A DNA stretch of 25,419 nucleotides from a virus, in IMG/VR virus record IMGVR_UViG_3300035670_000091. One strand, 5' to 3'. Below the pieces are notes generated by a model. It searched no databases. It saw only the letters and a program-made list of their open reading frames with translations, and had not been told where the DNA came from. Below are positions 1 to 6,836 of the stretch, in pieces; within the stretch, counting starts at the first letter, position 1, and every line of letters begins with the position of its first letter. Both the position numbers and the translations under genes were made by a program.

Positions 1-2
1 CG

Positions 3-344
3 CAGGCTCGACAGGTGATAGATGCCATGCTGGCGATGCCCTACGTGCCACGCTATGTTGTGGTTGAGGTCGGCGCTTACCGATACAACGGCACTATCTA
101 CTCCGTCCGTCGTGGTCGTGAGTCTGGCAATCTCAACGCTTTCAGCTGGGACCCCGCCACAAACCAATGGGAATACGCTGGCGCTGTAAAGTTCGAGCTA
201 CGTCCTGAGCACCGCATTAGTCTGGCCGAGGCGCTAACCTTCGGTGTGCAGACAGGCGTATGCGTTCACTGTGGCGCAACACTAACCAACAAGGCTTCGG
301 CCATGATGGGCATCGGCCCAACATGCCGTAAGAAATACGAATAG
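3..344 (+). CDS. DUF6011-like zinc-finger phage protein, 5' truncated
   Basis: C-terminal CVHCGATLTNKASAMMGIGPTC matches the CxxCG-x-L-x4-S-x3-GIGPxC pattern of DUF6011; the frame is open to the window edge, so the true start is probably upstream. Confidence 0.7.
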   Translation, partial: QARQVIDAMLAMPYVPRYVVVEVGAYRYNGTIYSVRRGRESGNLNAFSWDPATNQWEYAGAVKFELRPEHRISLAEALTFGVQTGVCVHCGATLTNKASAMMGIGPTCRKKYE

Positions 345-352
345 GAGACAAC

Positions 353-553
353 ATGTATCAAGGCACCTTAGTTCGAGACTTTACCTGCACCGAGTGCAGA
401 GACTCGTTCATTGACTACCCGTTCGAGTTCGAGCTCGACGAGAGCCAAGTCCTGTCGGACGATGGCATCCCATACGTATCCATCAGCTGTCCGTCATGTG
501 GCGGGGGCCAGGAGTGGATTGAAATCGCACTACCAGCAGGAGAAAACAAATGA
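353..553 (+). CDS. small acidic zinc-ribbon protein
   Basis: AGGAG RBS; CTEC...CPSC pairs; ATGA overlap with next gene. Confidence 0.7.
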   Translation: MYQGTLVRDFTCTECRDSFIDYPFEFELDESQVLSDDGIPYVSISCPSCGGGQEWIEIALPAGENK

Positions 554-843
554 CCGACAATGGCAAAGCCCCATACGTCACGTTCATGTGGCTAGAAAAA
601 ACATGGGAATACCGAGCACAGTTCTGGAAGGACTACAAGCTCGTCGACGAGAAGAGACTCACCAGTGACGAGGAGGCCACTCTCGACACTTACCTGAGCT
701 TCGTGTCGGAAGACAGTCCTATGGACGTGTCCGCCAGCGAGCTGTGGGAGCTCTACCACGACGGTGACCTGCCGTTCGAGGACGAAGACAGCAACTTCTT
801 GTGGATGCTGAACCAAATCATGCCTGAACCTGAGGAGGTGTAA
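550..843 (+). CDS. hypothetical acidic protein
   Basis: AGGAG RBS, ATGA coupling, 97 aa. Confidence 0.7.
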   Translation: MTDNGKAPYVTFMWLEKTWEYRAQFWKDYKLVDEKRLTSDEEATLDTYLSFVSEDSPMDVSASELWELYHDGDLPFEDEDSNFLWMLNQIMPEPEEV

Positions 844-845
844 TC

Positions 846-1022
846 ATGAAGCGATTCACTGTGGACTTCGAGGCTTGGACCACGCTCGAAGCTAAGGATG
901 TGGAAGAGGCATTTGCCAAAGCCCAAGGCATCATCAACGACATCGTGCACCTGTGCAAGCAGGATGGCATCGAGCTCGAGATGGTAGTAAGCGACGATGG
1001 CATCGAGCTAGACGAGGAGTAA
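846..1022 (+). CDS. hypothetical acidic protein, 58 aa (MKRFTVDFEAWTTLEAKDVEEAFAKAQ...DEE); not in ORF track
   Basis: Translated by hand; GAGGAGGT RBS just upstream; fills the gap up to repeat copy 1. Confidence 0.75.
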   Translation: MKRFTVDFEAWTTLEAKDVEEAFAKAQGIINDIVHLCKQDGIELEMVVSDDGIELDEE

Positions 1023-1028
1023 ATCCTC

Positions 1029-1104
1029 AGCGTGACCAGCAGGCATCGGAGTGCAAGCCTCCGACACGCACGACTGACCGCCGTCAGTTATCCAATGAAA
1101 GGAA
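1029..1104 (+). repeat. structured intergenic element, copy 1 (tRNA-like minihelix + hairpin + RBS)
   Basis: 65/76 ungapped identity with 1691-1766; stems GCGTG/CACGC, TCGGAG/CTCCGA and CTGAC/GTCAG. Confidence 0.9.
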
Positions 1105-1107
1105 ATT

Positions 1108-1374
1108 ATGAGCACCATCGACCTTCGCACGACTGTTGCGGACCTTATCGCTGAGCTATCCAAGCTCCCTGCTGACCAAGTTGTTGCTGTCCCTGTCCGT
1201 TGGACGTTGGACACTCTCAACGAGTGGTTCGAGGACGAGCTGATTGCGCCCTTGACCCCTGAGCAGTGGGCCGAGGTTTCTACTAAATACCTAGACGGAC
1301 TACCTAAGTTCTTCTGGGAAGACTCCGACGGCACCATGAGAGATGCCCTCGACGGATTCCTAAAGGACGAGTAA
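1108..1374 (+). CDS. hypothetical protein
   Basis: GAAAGGA RBS supplied by the repeat; TAATG coupling to next gene. Confidence 0.75.
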   Translation: MSTIDLRTTVADLIAELSKLPADQVVAVPVRWTLDTLNEWFEDELIAPLTPEQWAEVSTKYLDGLPKFFWEDSDGTMRDALDGFLKDE

Positions 1375-1685
1375 TGGAGAACGTTTACGCAGGAGCGGGA
1401 GCCTTCTACACCGTAGGTTCCGACCGCTACCCTGCCACCGTTGTGGCATGGAAAGAGTTCAAGTCGGGTGAGAACGCTGGCGAAATCCGAGAGGTAACAG
1501 TTCAGACTGATTCTTATCGAGCTGTCTCAGGACAGTTCCCAGATGCTACGTATGAGTTCACTCCGAACCCTGACGGACGAGTTCTCGTGTTCCGTAAGAA
1601 CAAGCGAGGACACTTCGTCAACGTCGGAGGTGGTTCATACCTACACGTAGGTGAACGTAGGTTCTACTACGACCCTCACTTCTAA
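1374..1685 (+). CDS. hypothetical phage protein (GSDRYPATV...G.R..Y.DP.F pattern)
   Basis: Coupled start; the motif resembles a recurrent small phage protein family of unknown function. Confidence 0.75.
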   Translation: MENVYAGAGAFYTVGSDRYPATVVAWKEFKSGENAGEIREVTVQTDSYRAVSGQFPDATYEFTPNPDGRVLVFRKNKRGHFVNVGGGSYLHVGERRFYYDPHF

Positions 1686-1690
1686 AGTGA

Positions 1691-1766
1691 AGCCTGACCA
1701 GCAGACATCGGGGTGCGAGTCTCCGACAGGCACGACTGACATCCGTCAGCCATCCTATGAAAGGAA
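1691..1766 (+). repeat. structured intergenic element, copy 2
   Basis: Stems GCCTG/CAGGC, TCGGGG/CTCCGA and CTGAC/GTCAG; compensatory change relative to copy 1. Confidence 0.9.
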
Positions 1767-1771
1767 TAACA

Positions 1772-2062
1772 ATGAGCACAATCATTGACCCCTGCGTGCA
1801 CTGTGGGCAGAGCACAGCCTTCGGCTTTGGTCGATTCGTCAACCGTATTGGGTATGACGATGGCTGGGCCTGCGCTGAGTGTATGGCTTACGAGTGCTTT
1901 GTCTGCGACGAGAAGGTTGACATGGACACCTACGTGTCGGACGAAGAAGAGTGGGGACACTACCACCCACGCTGTTTGCCCATTGAAAAGTGGGACGAAG
2001 CATCCAAGGAGTTCTTCGAGGGCATGAGCTCCGAAGAGCGATTAGCTTTTATGCTTACTTAG
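1772..2062 (+). CDS. Cys-rich putative zinc-binding protein
   Basis: ATG at 1772 follows the GAAAGGA RBS (the track start at 1757 lies inside the RBS); CVHC, CAEC, CFVC and HPRC motifs. Confidence 0.75.
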   Translation: MSTIIDPCVHCGQSTAFGFGRFVNRIGYDDGWACAECMAYECFVCDEKVDMDTYVSDEEEWGHYHPRCLPIEKWDEASKEFFEGMSSEERLAFMLT

Positions 2063-2088
2063 TTGTAGGCTCCAACAAGGAGGTTCGT

Positions 2089-2325
2089 ATGGACTTAGAT
2101 GCCATCATCAACATACTCAGACCAATTCCGTCTGAGTTTCACCACAACGACTATGCAACGAGAGCCATAGCCGTAGCAATCAAGCGAATTGGAGAGCTCG
2201 ATGCAAACGTTTCTACCGTTACCAACAGTGGACTTCTCGGAGACAGCGAGAGTCCTAGACAACAAGCGCCTGAACAAGCAAGCACTGGAGGGCTGGCAGA
2301 TTCTGCTGACCCTATTAGAGCTTGA
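2089..2325 (+). CDS. hypothetical protein overlapping the glycosylase gene
   Basis: Strong AAGGAGG RBS before ATG 2089; overlaps the next gene by 125 nt. Confidence 0.55.
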   Translation: MDLDAIINILRPIPSEFHHNDYATRAIAVAIKRIGELDANVSTVTNSGLLGDSESPRQQAPEQASTGGLADSADPIRA

Positions 2326-2689
2326 CCCTGCAGGCAACCATCGCACACCGAAGGGCTGGGTCAACCACCCTGCCGTAAAGATGTGGCGTGGCCACGAGCC
2401 GTTGCTCTGGGTTTACGTCATGTGTATGGTCCGAGAGTGGAAGTCCCGAGGATTCAACAGCACTATCGGAGACAAAGTGACGGAGACTATCCGTCAGGCC
2501 TACGACAAAGGACGTATAACTACGTTCGGCAGTGTTCCTTCGTGGATGCAGGACAAAGCTAAGTTCGCAGAAATAGCTACCACTCACCGCCAAGCTTTGC
2601 TTACCAAAGATTACGAATGGTATAGCCAGTTCAGCTGGGCAGAAGACACAGGGACTCGTCCAGAGTCTTACGAGTATGTATGGGAGTAA
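2201..2689 (+). CDS. pyrimidine dimer DNA glycosylase / T4 endonuclease V-like family protein (MSMEG_6728-like)
   Basis: MQTFLP start, LDNKRLNKQALE and HPAVKMWRGHE motifs typical of the family; GGAG RBS. Confidence 0.8.
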   Translation: MQTFLPLPTVDFSETARVLDNKRLNKQALEGWQILLTLLELDPAGNHRTPKGWVNHPAVKMWRGHEPLLWVYVMCMVREWKSRGFNSTIGDKVTETIRQAYDKGRITTFGSVPSWMQDKAKFAEIATTHRQALLTKDYEWYSQFSWAEDTGTRPESYEYVWE

Positions 2690-2922
2690 AAGTGAAACAC
2701 AGAACCTATGAGATAGTCACTGGTGTCTACCAGTGGCTTCTCGCACTACTTGGAATACCGAGCGGGGTTGTGGTCCTCGACATGTGGACCGATGCAATCA
2801 CGCCTCACCAGCGAGATGCACTGTCCTACATGCTGTTGGATGTTGCCTACTGGGGCGTAGGATTGTCAGCCGTCATTGGTCTGACATACTACGCAACCTA
2901 CCGTTACTACAACCGACGATAA
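2680..2922 (+). CDS. small membrane protein (two hydrophobic segments)
   Basis: Two ~20-aa hydrophobic stretches and a basic C-terminus; alternative GTG start at 2692. Confidence 0.65.
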   Translation: MGVKVKHRTYEIVTGVYQWLLALLGIPSGVVVLDMWTDAITPHQRDALSYMLLDVAYWGVGLSAVIGLTYYATYRYYNRR

Positions 2923-2941
2923 CCGAATAAGAAAGACCCAA

Positions 2942-3247
2942 ATGTTCAAACCAGCAACTTACCTTGATTACAGCCAAGCGCTGTGCGCCCAAACTGACCC
3001 TGAGCTGTTCTTTCCAGAAGGCGGTGGCTCCACCCAGCAAGCAAAGCAAATCTGCAACGCTTGCCCAGTGAAGAACGACTGCTTGATGGAGGCCCTTGTC
3101 AACAAATACGAAGACGGTGTCTGGGGAGGACTGTCCGCACGAGAGCGCATTCAGTTACGCAGGAGCAAAGATAGTCCGCTAAAGGTAGAGGTTGGCCGAA
3201 GAAAGGGAATACCAAATGTTCACAAGAGGATTAGAAGGAGTTCTTGA
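2942..3247 (+). CDS. whiB: WhiB-family Fe-S transcription factor
   Basis: C..TDPELFFP...C-x2-C-x5-C and GVWGG motif; basic tail. Confidence 0.95.
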   Translation: MFKPATYLDYSQALCAQTDPELFFPEGGGSTQQAKQICNACPVKNDCLMEALVNKYEDGVWGGLSARERIQLRRSKDSPLKVEVGRRKGIPNVHKRIRRSS

Positions 3248-3456
3248 TGTCCTTAGAAAAGCTAGAGATTATGACCGCAAAAGAAGTCGCAGAGTTCGCA
3301 GGGTTACCTTACCGTCACCTGTGGACCTATCAAAAGCGAGGCATCCTTCCGCCAGCGGACATGCACATCGGAAACAAGCCACTATGGTTGAAGCAAAGCT
3401 TGACCGAGTGGAAGCAAACCAAAGCCTCAACTGACGAAGTCATACAGGTTTACTAA
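3247..3456 (+). CDS. AlpA/MerR-like HTH protein, probable excisionase (RDF)
   Basis: MTAKEVAEFAGL...RGILPPAD...PLW winged-HTH pattern; directly upstream of the integrase. Confidence 0.7.
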   Translation: MSLEKLEIMTAKEVAEFAGLPYRHLWTYQKRGILPPADMHIGNKPLWLKQSLTEWKQTKASTDEVIQVY

Positions 3457-3463
3457 TGATTAC

Positions 3464-3506
3464 GCCCCCATGCCTTGGCTCACGCTAGGGTATGGGGGCT
3501 TTTTTT
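3464..3506 (+). terminator. intrinsic terminator between the HTH gene and the integrase
   Basis: 16-bp stem (3 G-U pairs) 3464-3479/3484-3499 followed by T7. Confidence 0.85.
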
Positions 3507-3522
3507 ATTTCTAGGAGGATTC

Positions 3523-4638
3523 ATGGCCTATGTAACACAGCGAGGTAACCGATTCACTGGTTACTACCGAGACAATCGAGGTAAGAAATACAGCGCAGGA
3601 ACCTTTGACACCAGAGCCGAAGCATTGGCTCATGCAGAGCGAGCAGAGCAGGCAGGCGGAGAAGGCCAGTATCGCCTCACCATGCCGTTGAGCGAGTATG
3701 TCGAAACATGGGTGAAGACTGCCGACCTTCTTCCGCTCACCAAAAAGAACTACCTTTTCACTCTACGGGCTCATGTGTTGCCGTATCTTGGGAAGAAGCC
3801 TGTCGGACAAATCTCTCGTGCAGATGTCCGACAGATGTTGGACAGCTTGCGTATAGCTGGTAAATCGGCTGCGCTCCGCCGCCAAGCAAAAGCTTCGCTG
3901 GGCTCAGCGTTGCAGGAGTTGGTCGAGCTGGACCAGCTAGACATCAACCCAACCCACAAGATAAGCATCAAGTCTGTCCAAGAGACAGCCGTCAGGGACA
4001 TCATCAGTCCGACAGAGTTCAAACAAGTCATTCAATCGTTGCCGACTCCTGGCGCTCAGTTGTTTGCACAGACGCTCATAGCGACAGGACTACGCTTCGG
4101 AGAGGCCACTGAGCTACGTGTAAAGGACTTCAATCCGTCAACGCAAGAGCTATACGTCCAACGCAGAGTGACAGAGCTCGGTGCGCAGAACAATAACGGG
4201 GAACGGTTCCAAGTTATTGCGGGCACCAAGTCGGGTCGCAGAAGAATTGTGACTGTCAGTGTCGAGCTGGCCAAGCTTCTACAGGACCACATCAAAACTC
4301 TCGATGGATTCCCCGACACCCTGCTGTTCAGCAAAGCCACGACTCTCCCGCAACAAACCTTGCTGGCCCGCTCCTCTAGCAACTTCAGCGGTCACCTGCC
4401 GAAGGACTCATGGCGCAGGATGTGGAAGACAGCAGTCCAAAAGGCTGGGTTAGATTGGCTACCACGCACACACGACCTTCGTCATGCTAATGCCACAACA
4501 CTGTTGAAAAACGGAGTGGACCTGCACGAGGTGAAAGAACGACTAGGCCACAGTTCCATAAGGACTACTGAGGTCTATCTTCACAGACTGAAGCATCAAC
4601 AAAGCAAAGCTTCGCAAGCCGTAGCTGAATTCCTATAA
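3523..4638 (+). CDS. int: tyrosine integrase/recombinase
   Basis: AGGAGG RBS before ATG 3523; catalytic R (TGLRFGE), K (GTKSG), HDLRH, LGH and Y (TTEVY). Confidence 0.95.
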   Translation: MAYVTQRGNRFTGYYRDNRGKKYSAGTFDTRAEALAHAERAEQAGGEGQYRLTMPLSEYVETWVKTADLLPLTKKNYLFTLRAHVLPYLGKKPVGQISRADVRQMLDSLRIAGKSAALRRQAKASLGSALQELVELDQLDINPTHKISIKSVQETAVRDIISPTEFKQVIQSLPTPGAQLFAQTLIATGLRFGEATELRVKDFNPSTQELYVQRRVTELGAQNNNGERFQVIAGTKSGRRRIVTVSVELAKLLQDHIKTLDGFPDTLLFSKATTLPQQTLLARSSSNFSGHLPKDSWRRMWKTAVQKAGLDWLPRTHDLRHANATTLLKNGVDLHEVKERLGHSSIRTTEVYLHRLKHQQSKASQAVAEFL

Positions 4639-4683
4639 AAGGAAGAAGGCCCTTCAGCCAAGGGGGGAGCTGAAGGGCCTTCT
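4634..4683 (-). terminator. terminator hairpin between convergent arms
   Basis: Perfect 15-bp inverted repeat 4644-4658/4669-4683, followed on the - strand by TCCTTTTAT. Confidence 0.85.
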
Positions 4684-4733
4684 CGCTTATAGCGATTGAA
4701 TGAAAGGAGCTTACAACACCACTGTTGGAAGCT
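4637..4733 (-). ncRNA. predicted small regulatory RNA with an anti-Shine-Dalgarno seed
   Basis: Upstream promoter match, 5' hairpin, unpaired CCUUUCAUUCAA, small hairpin, terminator with a C-rich loop; no convincing ORF. Confidence 0.6.
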
Positions 4734-4738
4734 TGATT

Positions 4739-4773
4739 AGCTTAGCACTGAAATTTTAGAAAGTGCAAGACAC
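4739..4773 (-). promoter_or_regulatory. sigma70/SigA-like promoter with adjacent GACAC box
   Basis: - strand reads GTGTC-TTGCAC-N18-TAAGCT, with TGn extended -10. Confidence 0.6.
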
Positions 4774-4825
4774 ACCGAAAAAAAGATAATTTTTCCCTCC
4801 ACCATCATCCACTCTTCTCCACGCA

Positions 4826-5496
4826 CTGTTATCAGATACTTAGTCTTCGATGGAAGTGCGAATTATCTGGGTAGTTTCAGACTCAGAAATAGGGTTTTGC
4901 ATCTCCCTCAAAGCCGATGCTCGGTCACCAAAAATAGCTGAAAGAACCCCTCCAGAGGTCTGTCTTTCGGCAGTGATTCTGATGAACTCTTTGTTCTCTT
5001 CTAGCTCCTTCAAAGACTTCACAAGCTTGAACAATCTGTCCACTTCTTGAGACACATTTGGGTCTGCGTAACCACCATTCATTTCCTCAGCAAACCGCAT
5101 GAATGCCACTCTTTGCCCCTGCATTTCAATGATTGCGGTCAATAGAGCCTTGAGCTGTTCCTTAGTTTTTACTTCCACTGGGAGGTTGAATGCACACTCA
5201 TTGTCTGGCTTGAAAGCGGGGCAGTTTGATGCCACAAAACAGGTGTTGCACTGCCTCAAAGACGACATGTTTGACTGCACAATCGGGACTTCCCGAAGCA
5301 CGTCCCGACCATCATCATCGGTCTCAACTATGGTCTTAGTTTTATACCCAAAAACAGGCATTGGAGCCCTGTCAGAGGGGTCTCTTTTGACTACTTCTGT
5401 GGGTCCTGACTTCCGCACTTCAACATCGCTGTTATCAGAAGACCCTAGGTCTAAATCCATCAAACCTGTGTATAGGGTGTCATCGCTGTTATCAGA
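4826..5496. repeat. three direct copies of CTGTTATCAGA
   Basis: Copies at 4826-4836, 5429-5439 and 5486-5496; the last two share 16 bp (CATCGCTGTTATCAGA). Confidence 0.75.
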
Positions 5497-6351
5497 TAGC
5501 ATGTCCTCGATAGAAGGCAATCCACCTTGAATAACTCGTAGCTCAGGCTTCTCTTTGTCCATCTTTGCCTCTAACTGTCGGTAGGACCAGATAGCTACCT
5601 TTGTAGCCTCTAGCGTGTCATCGGATACAAACTTATCGAAATCAAACCCGTTTTTCTCTAACAACGCCTTGTAGCGCTTGCGGGCTTGGTCTTTCATCTT
5701 CTTCGGATAACGGTTCAGCTTGGTGCCATCCCATACGATGGTCTCACCCCGACGCATGGGCGAAATCCAAGCCAGGGTCGATACGTAGTCAAACGGTATC
5801 TGACGGAGGTTATCTGGCTTTGCATACGACAGCGCCATCCATCGGGTGTCCGACACACTCTTCAGCGGCCGAATCGCCGCCGCCAAGTTGGGCACGGCAT
5901 CAACCGTGCTTCCTGGAATGCCGATGTTGACGTATTCTTCTGCCCAACGGCGAAGTAGCGGAACTCCGTAGGACTCATGCCAGACGACCCACATCTTCGG
6001 GTCGTTCAAGAATGCAGCTCTGTTCTGCTGAATCTTTGGTAGGCCCCACTTCTGAGAGTCAAACTCAAGCCAACCTTCGATGCGGTCGTAGTTGAGAGCT
6101 ACAAACTCCTCGTAGTCAGCAGCGTATTCTTCAATCTCTCGGTCACTCATCTCTGATGAGTCCACTTGAGATGCACCAGAGTCTACCCAGACTTTCATGT
6201 CTGAGAAGAAGTGCTCACCAATCAAGTAAGGCTTTGTCTTGGGTAGGCCACGCTTACGTAAGCCCCAGTAATTGAGCATGACGGACGTAACGCCATTACG
6301 CTCTAACAGAGTCCTGTTGGACGGAATCTCTACTCCACCGAAGATAATCAT
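4840..6351 (-). CDS. TGT (tRNA-guanine transglycosylase)-like domain fused to a Cys4/helical C-terminal domain
   Basis: VWVDSGA, VVWH and PFDYVSTLAW follow the order of motifs in phage TGT-like proteins; acidic linker; C-x2-C-x5-C-x8-C cluster. Confidence 0.5.
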   Translation of the reverse strand: MIIFGGVEIPSNRTLLERNGVTSVMLNYWGLRKRGLPKTKPYLIGEHFFSDMKVWVDSGASQVDSSEMSDREIEEYAADYEEFVALNYDRIEGWLEFDSQKWGLPKIQQNRAAFLNDPKMWVVWHESYGVPLLRRWAEEYVNIGIPGSTVDAVPNLAAAIRPLKSVSDTRWMALSYAKPDNLRQIPFDYVSTLAWISPMRRGETIVWDGTKLNRYPKKMKDQARKRYKALLEKNGFDFDKFVSDDTLEATKVAIWSYRQLEAKMDKEKPELRVIQGGLPSIEDMLSDNSDDTLYTGLMDLDLGSSDNSDVEVRKSGPTEVVKRDPSDRAPMPVFGYKTKTIVETDDDGRDVLREVPIVQSNMSSLRQCNTCFVASNCPAFKPDNECAFNLPVEVKTKEQLKALLTAIIEMQGQRVAFMRFAEEMNGGYADPNVSQEVDRLFKLVKSLKELEENKEFIRITAERQTSGGVLSAIFGDRASALREMQNPISESETTQIIRTSIED

Positions 6352-6833
6352 TCGAAGCGGAATCCCTCATGCTTTGAAATGCGACGGTCTTGAGTTCGTA
6401 GAGCATTTTGCTTTGCTACAGCCTCTTCGATGTCGGTCCATGCTCTAAGTTTACGGGGAGCATCAGGTCTGAACTCTGCACGAGTGTACGAAGGGACGCC
6501 AAACATAACTGAAGGAATCCCCATCTCAAAGGCATAAGCCCAGTGCTTGGGGTTGTTAGTGATGAACAGCTCTATACCGCCGAGGCTGCGGGCATGGTTT
6601 ATCTGACGTTTTACAGGCTCTTCATCCGTCAGATAGACGCTAGAGTCAATGATTTTGTCGAAGTCAACAACCTTGTTCTCATTCATCCATCGGATAGCTT
6701 CCGCTTCCTTCATGTCAGTGATGATGGTGACTCGGTTGTAAGCAGCTAAAGCCGCATACATCAGAACGCCTGTGATTATTGGCTTGTCTGAGTCGCTTTT
6801 TAGTACACCGTTTAGTTCTACGAGTATTTCCAT
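6348..6833 (-). CDS. HAD-superfamily-like protein with degenerate motif I
   Basis: ILVELNGVL in place of hhhDxDGVL; VTIIT (motif II-like); LFITNN in place of the DD motif. Confidence 0.55.
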   Translation of the reverse strand: MEILVELNGVLKSDSDKPIITGVLMYAALAAYNRVTIITDMKEAEAIRWMNENKVVDFDKIIDSSVYLTDEEPVKRQINHARSLGGIELFITNNPKHWAYAFEMGIPSVMFGVPSYTRAEFRPDAPRKLRAWTDIEEAVAKQNALRTQDRRISKHEGFRFE

Positions 6834-6836
6834 AAA

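Noticed and set aside
1029-1766. Repeats as true tRNA genes or a CRISPR array
   Set aside because: No D or anticodon arm and no CCA; only two copies, separated by whole genes rather than spacers
3475-3522. Track start of the integrase at 3475
   Set aside because: It runs through the terminator; AGGAGG points to ATG 3523
411-4453. Alternative-frame and - strand ORFs in the left arm (e.g. 411-668, 1008-1337, 3192-3434, 4056-4382)
   Set aside because: Shadows of better-supported coupled genes; no recognisable motifs
4699-4736. + strand mini-gene after TGAAAGGAG
   Set aside because: No start codon at suitable spacing; better explained as the antisense of an sRNA seed
4639-4839. A specific attP core
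   Set aside because: The location is plausible, but no tRNA 3'-end or other recognisable core is visible; it cannot be called without the host sequence
4840-6351. Firm call as DpdA (7-deazaguanine DNA modification)
   Set aside because: Only partial motif similarity, the second catalytic Asp appears absent, and no folE/queC/queD/queE genes are in the window
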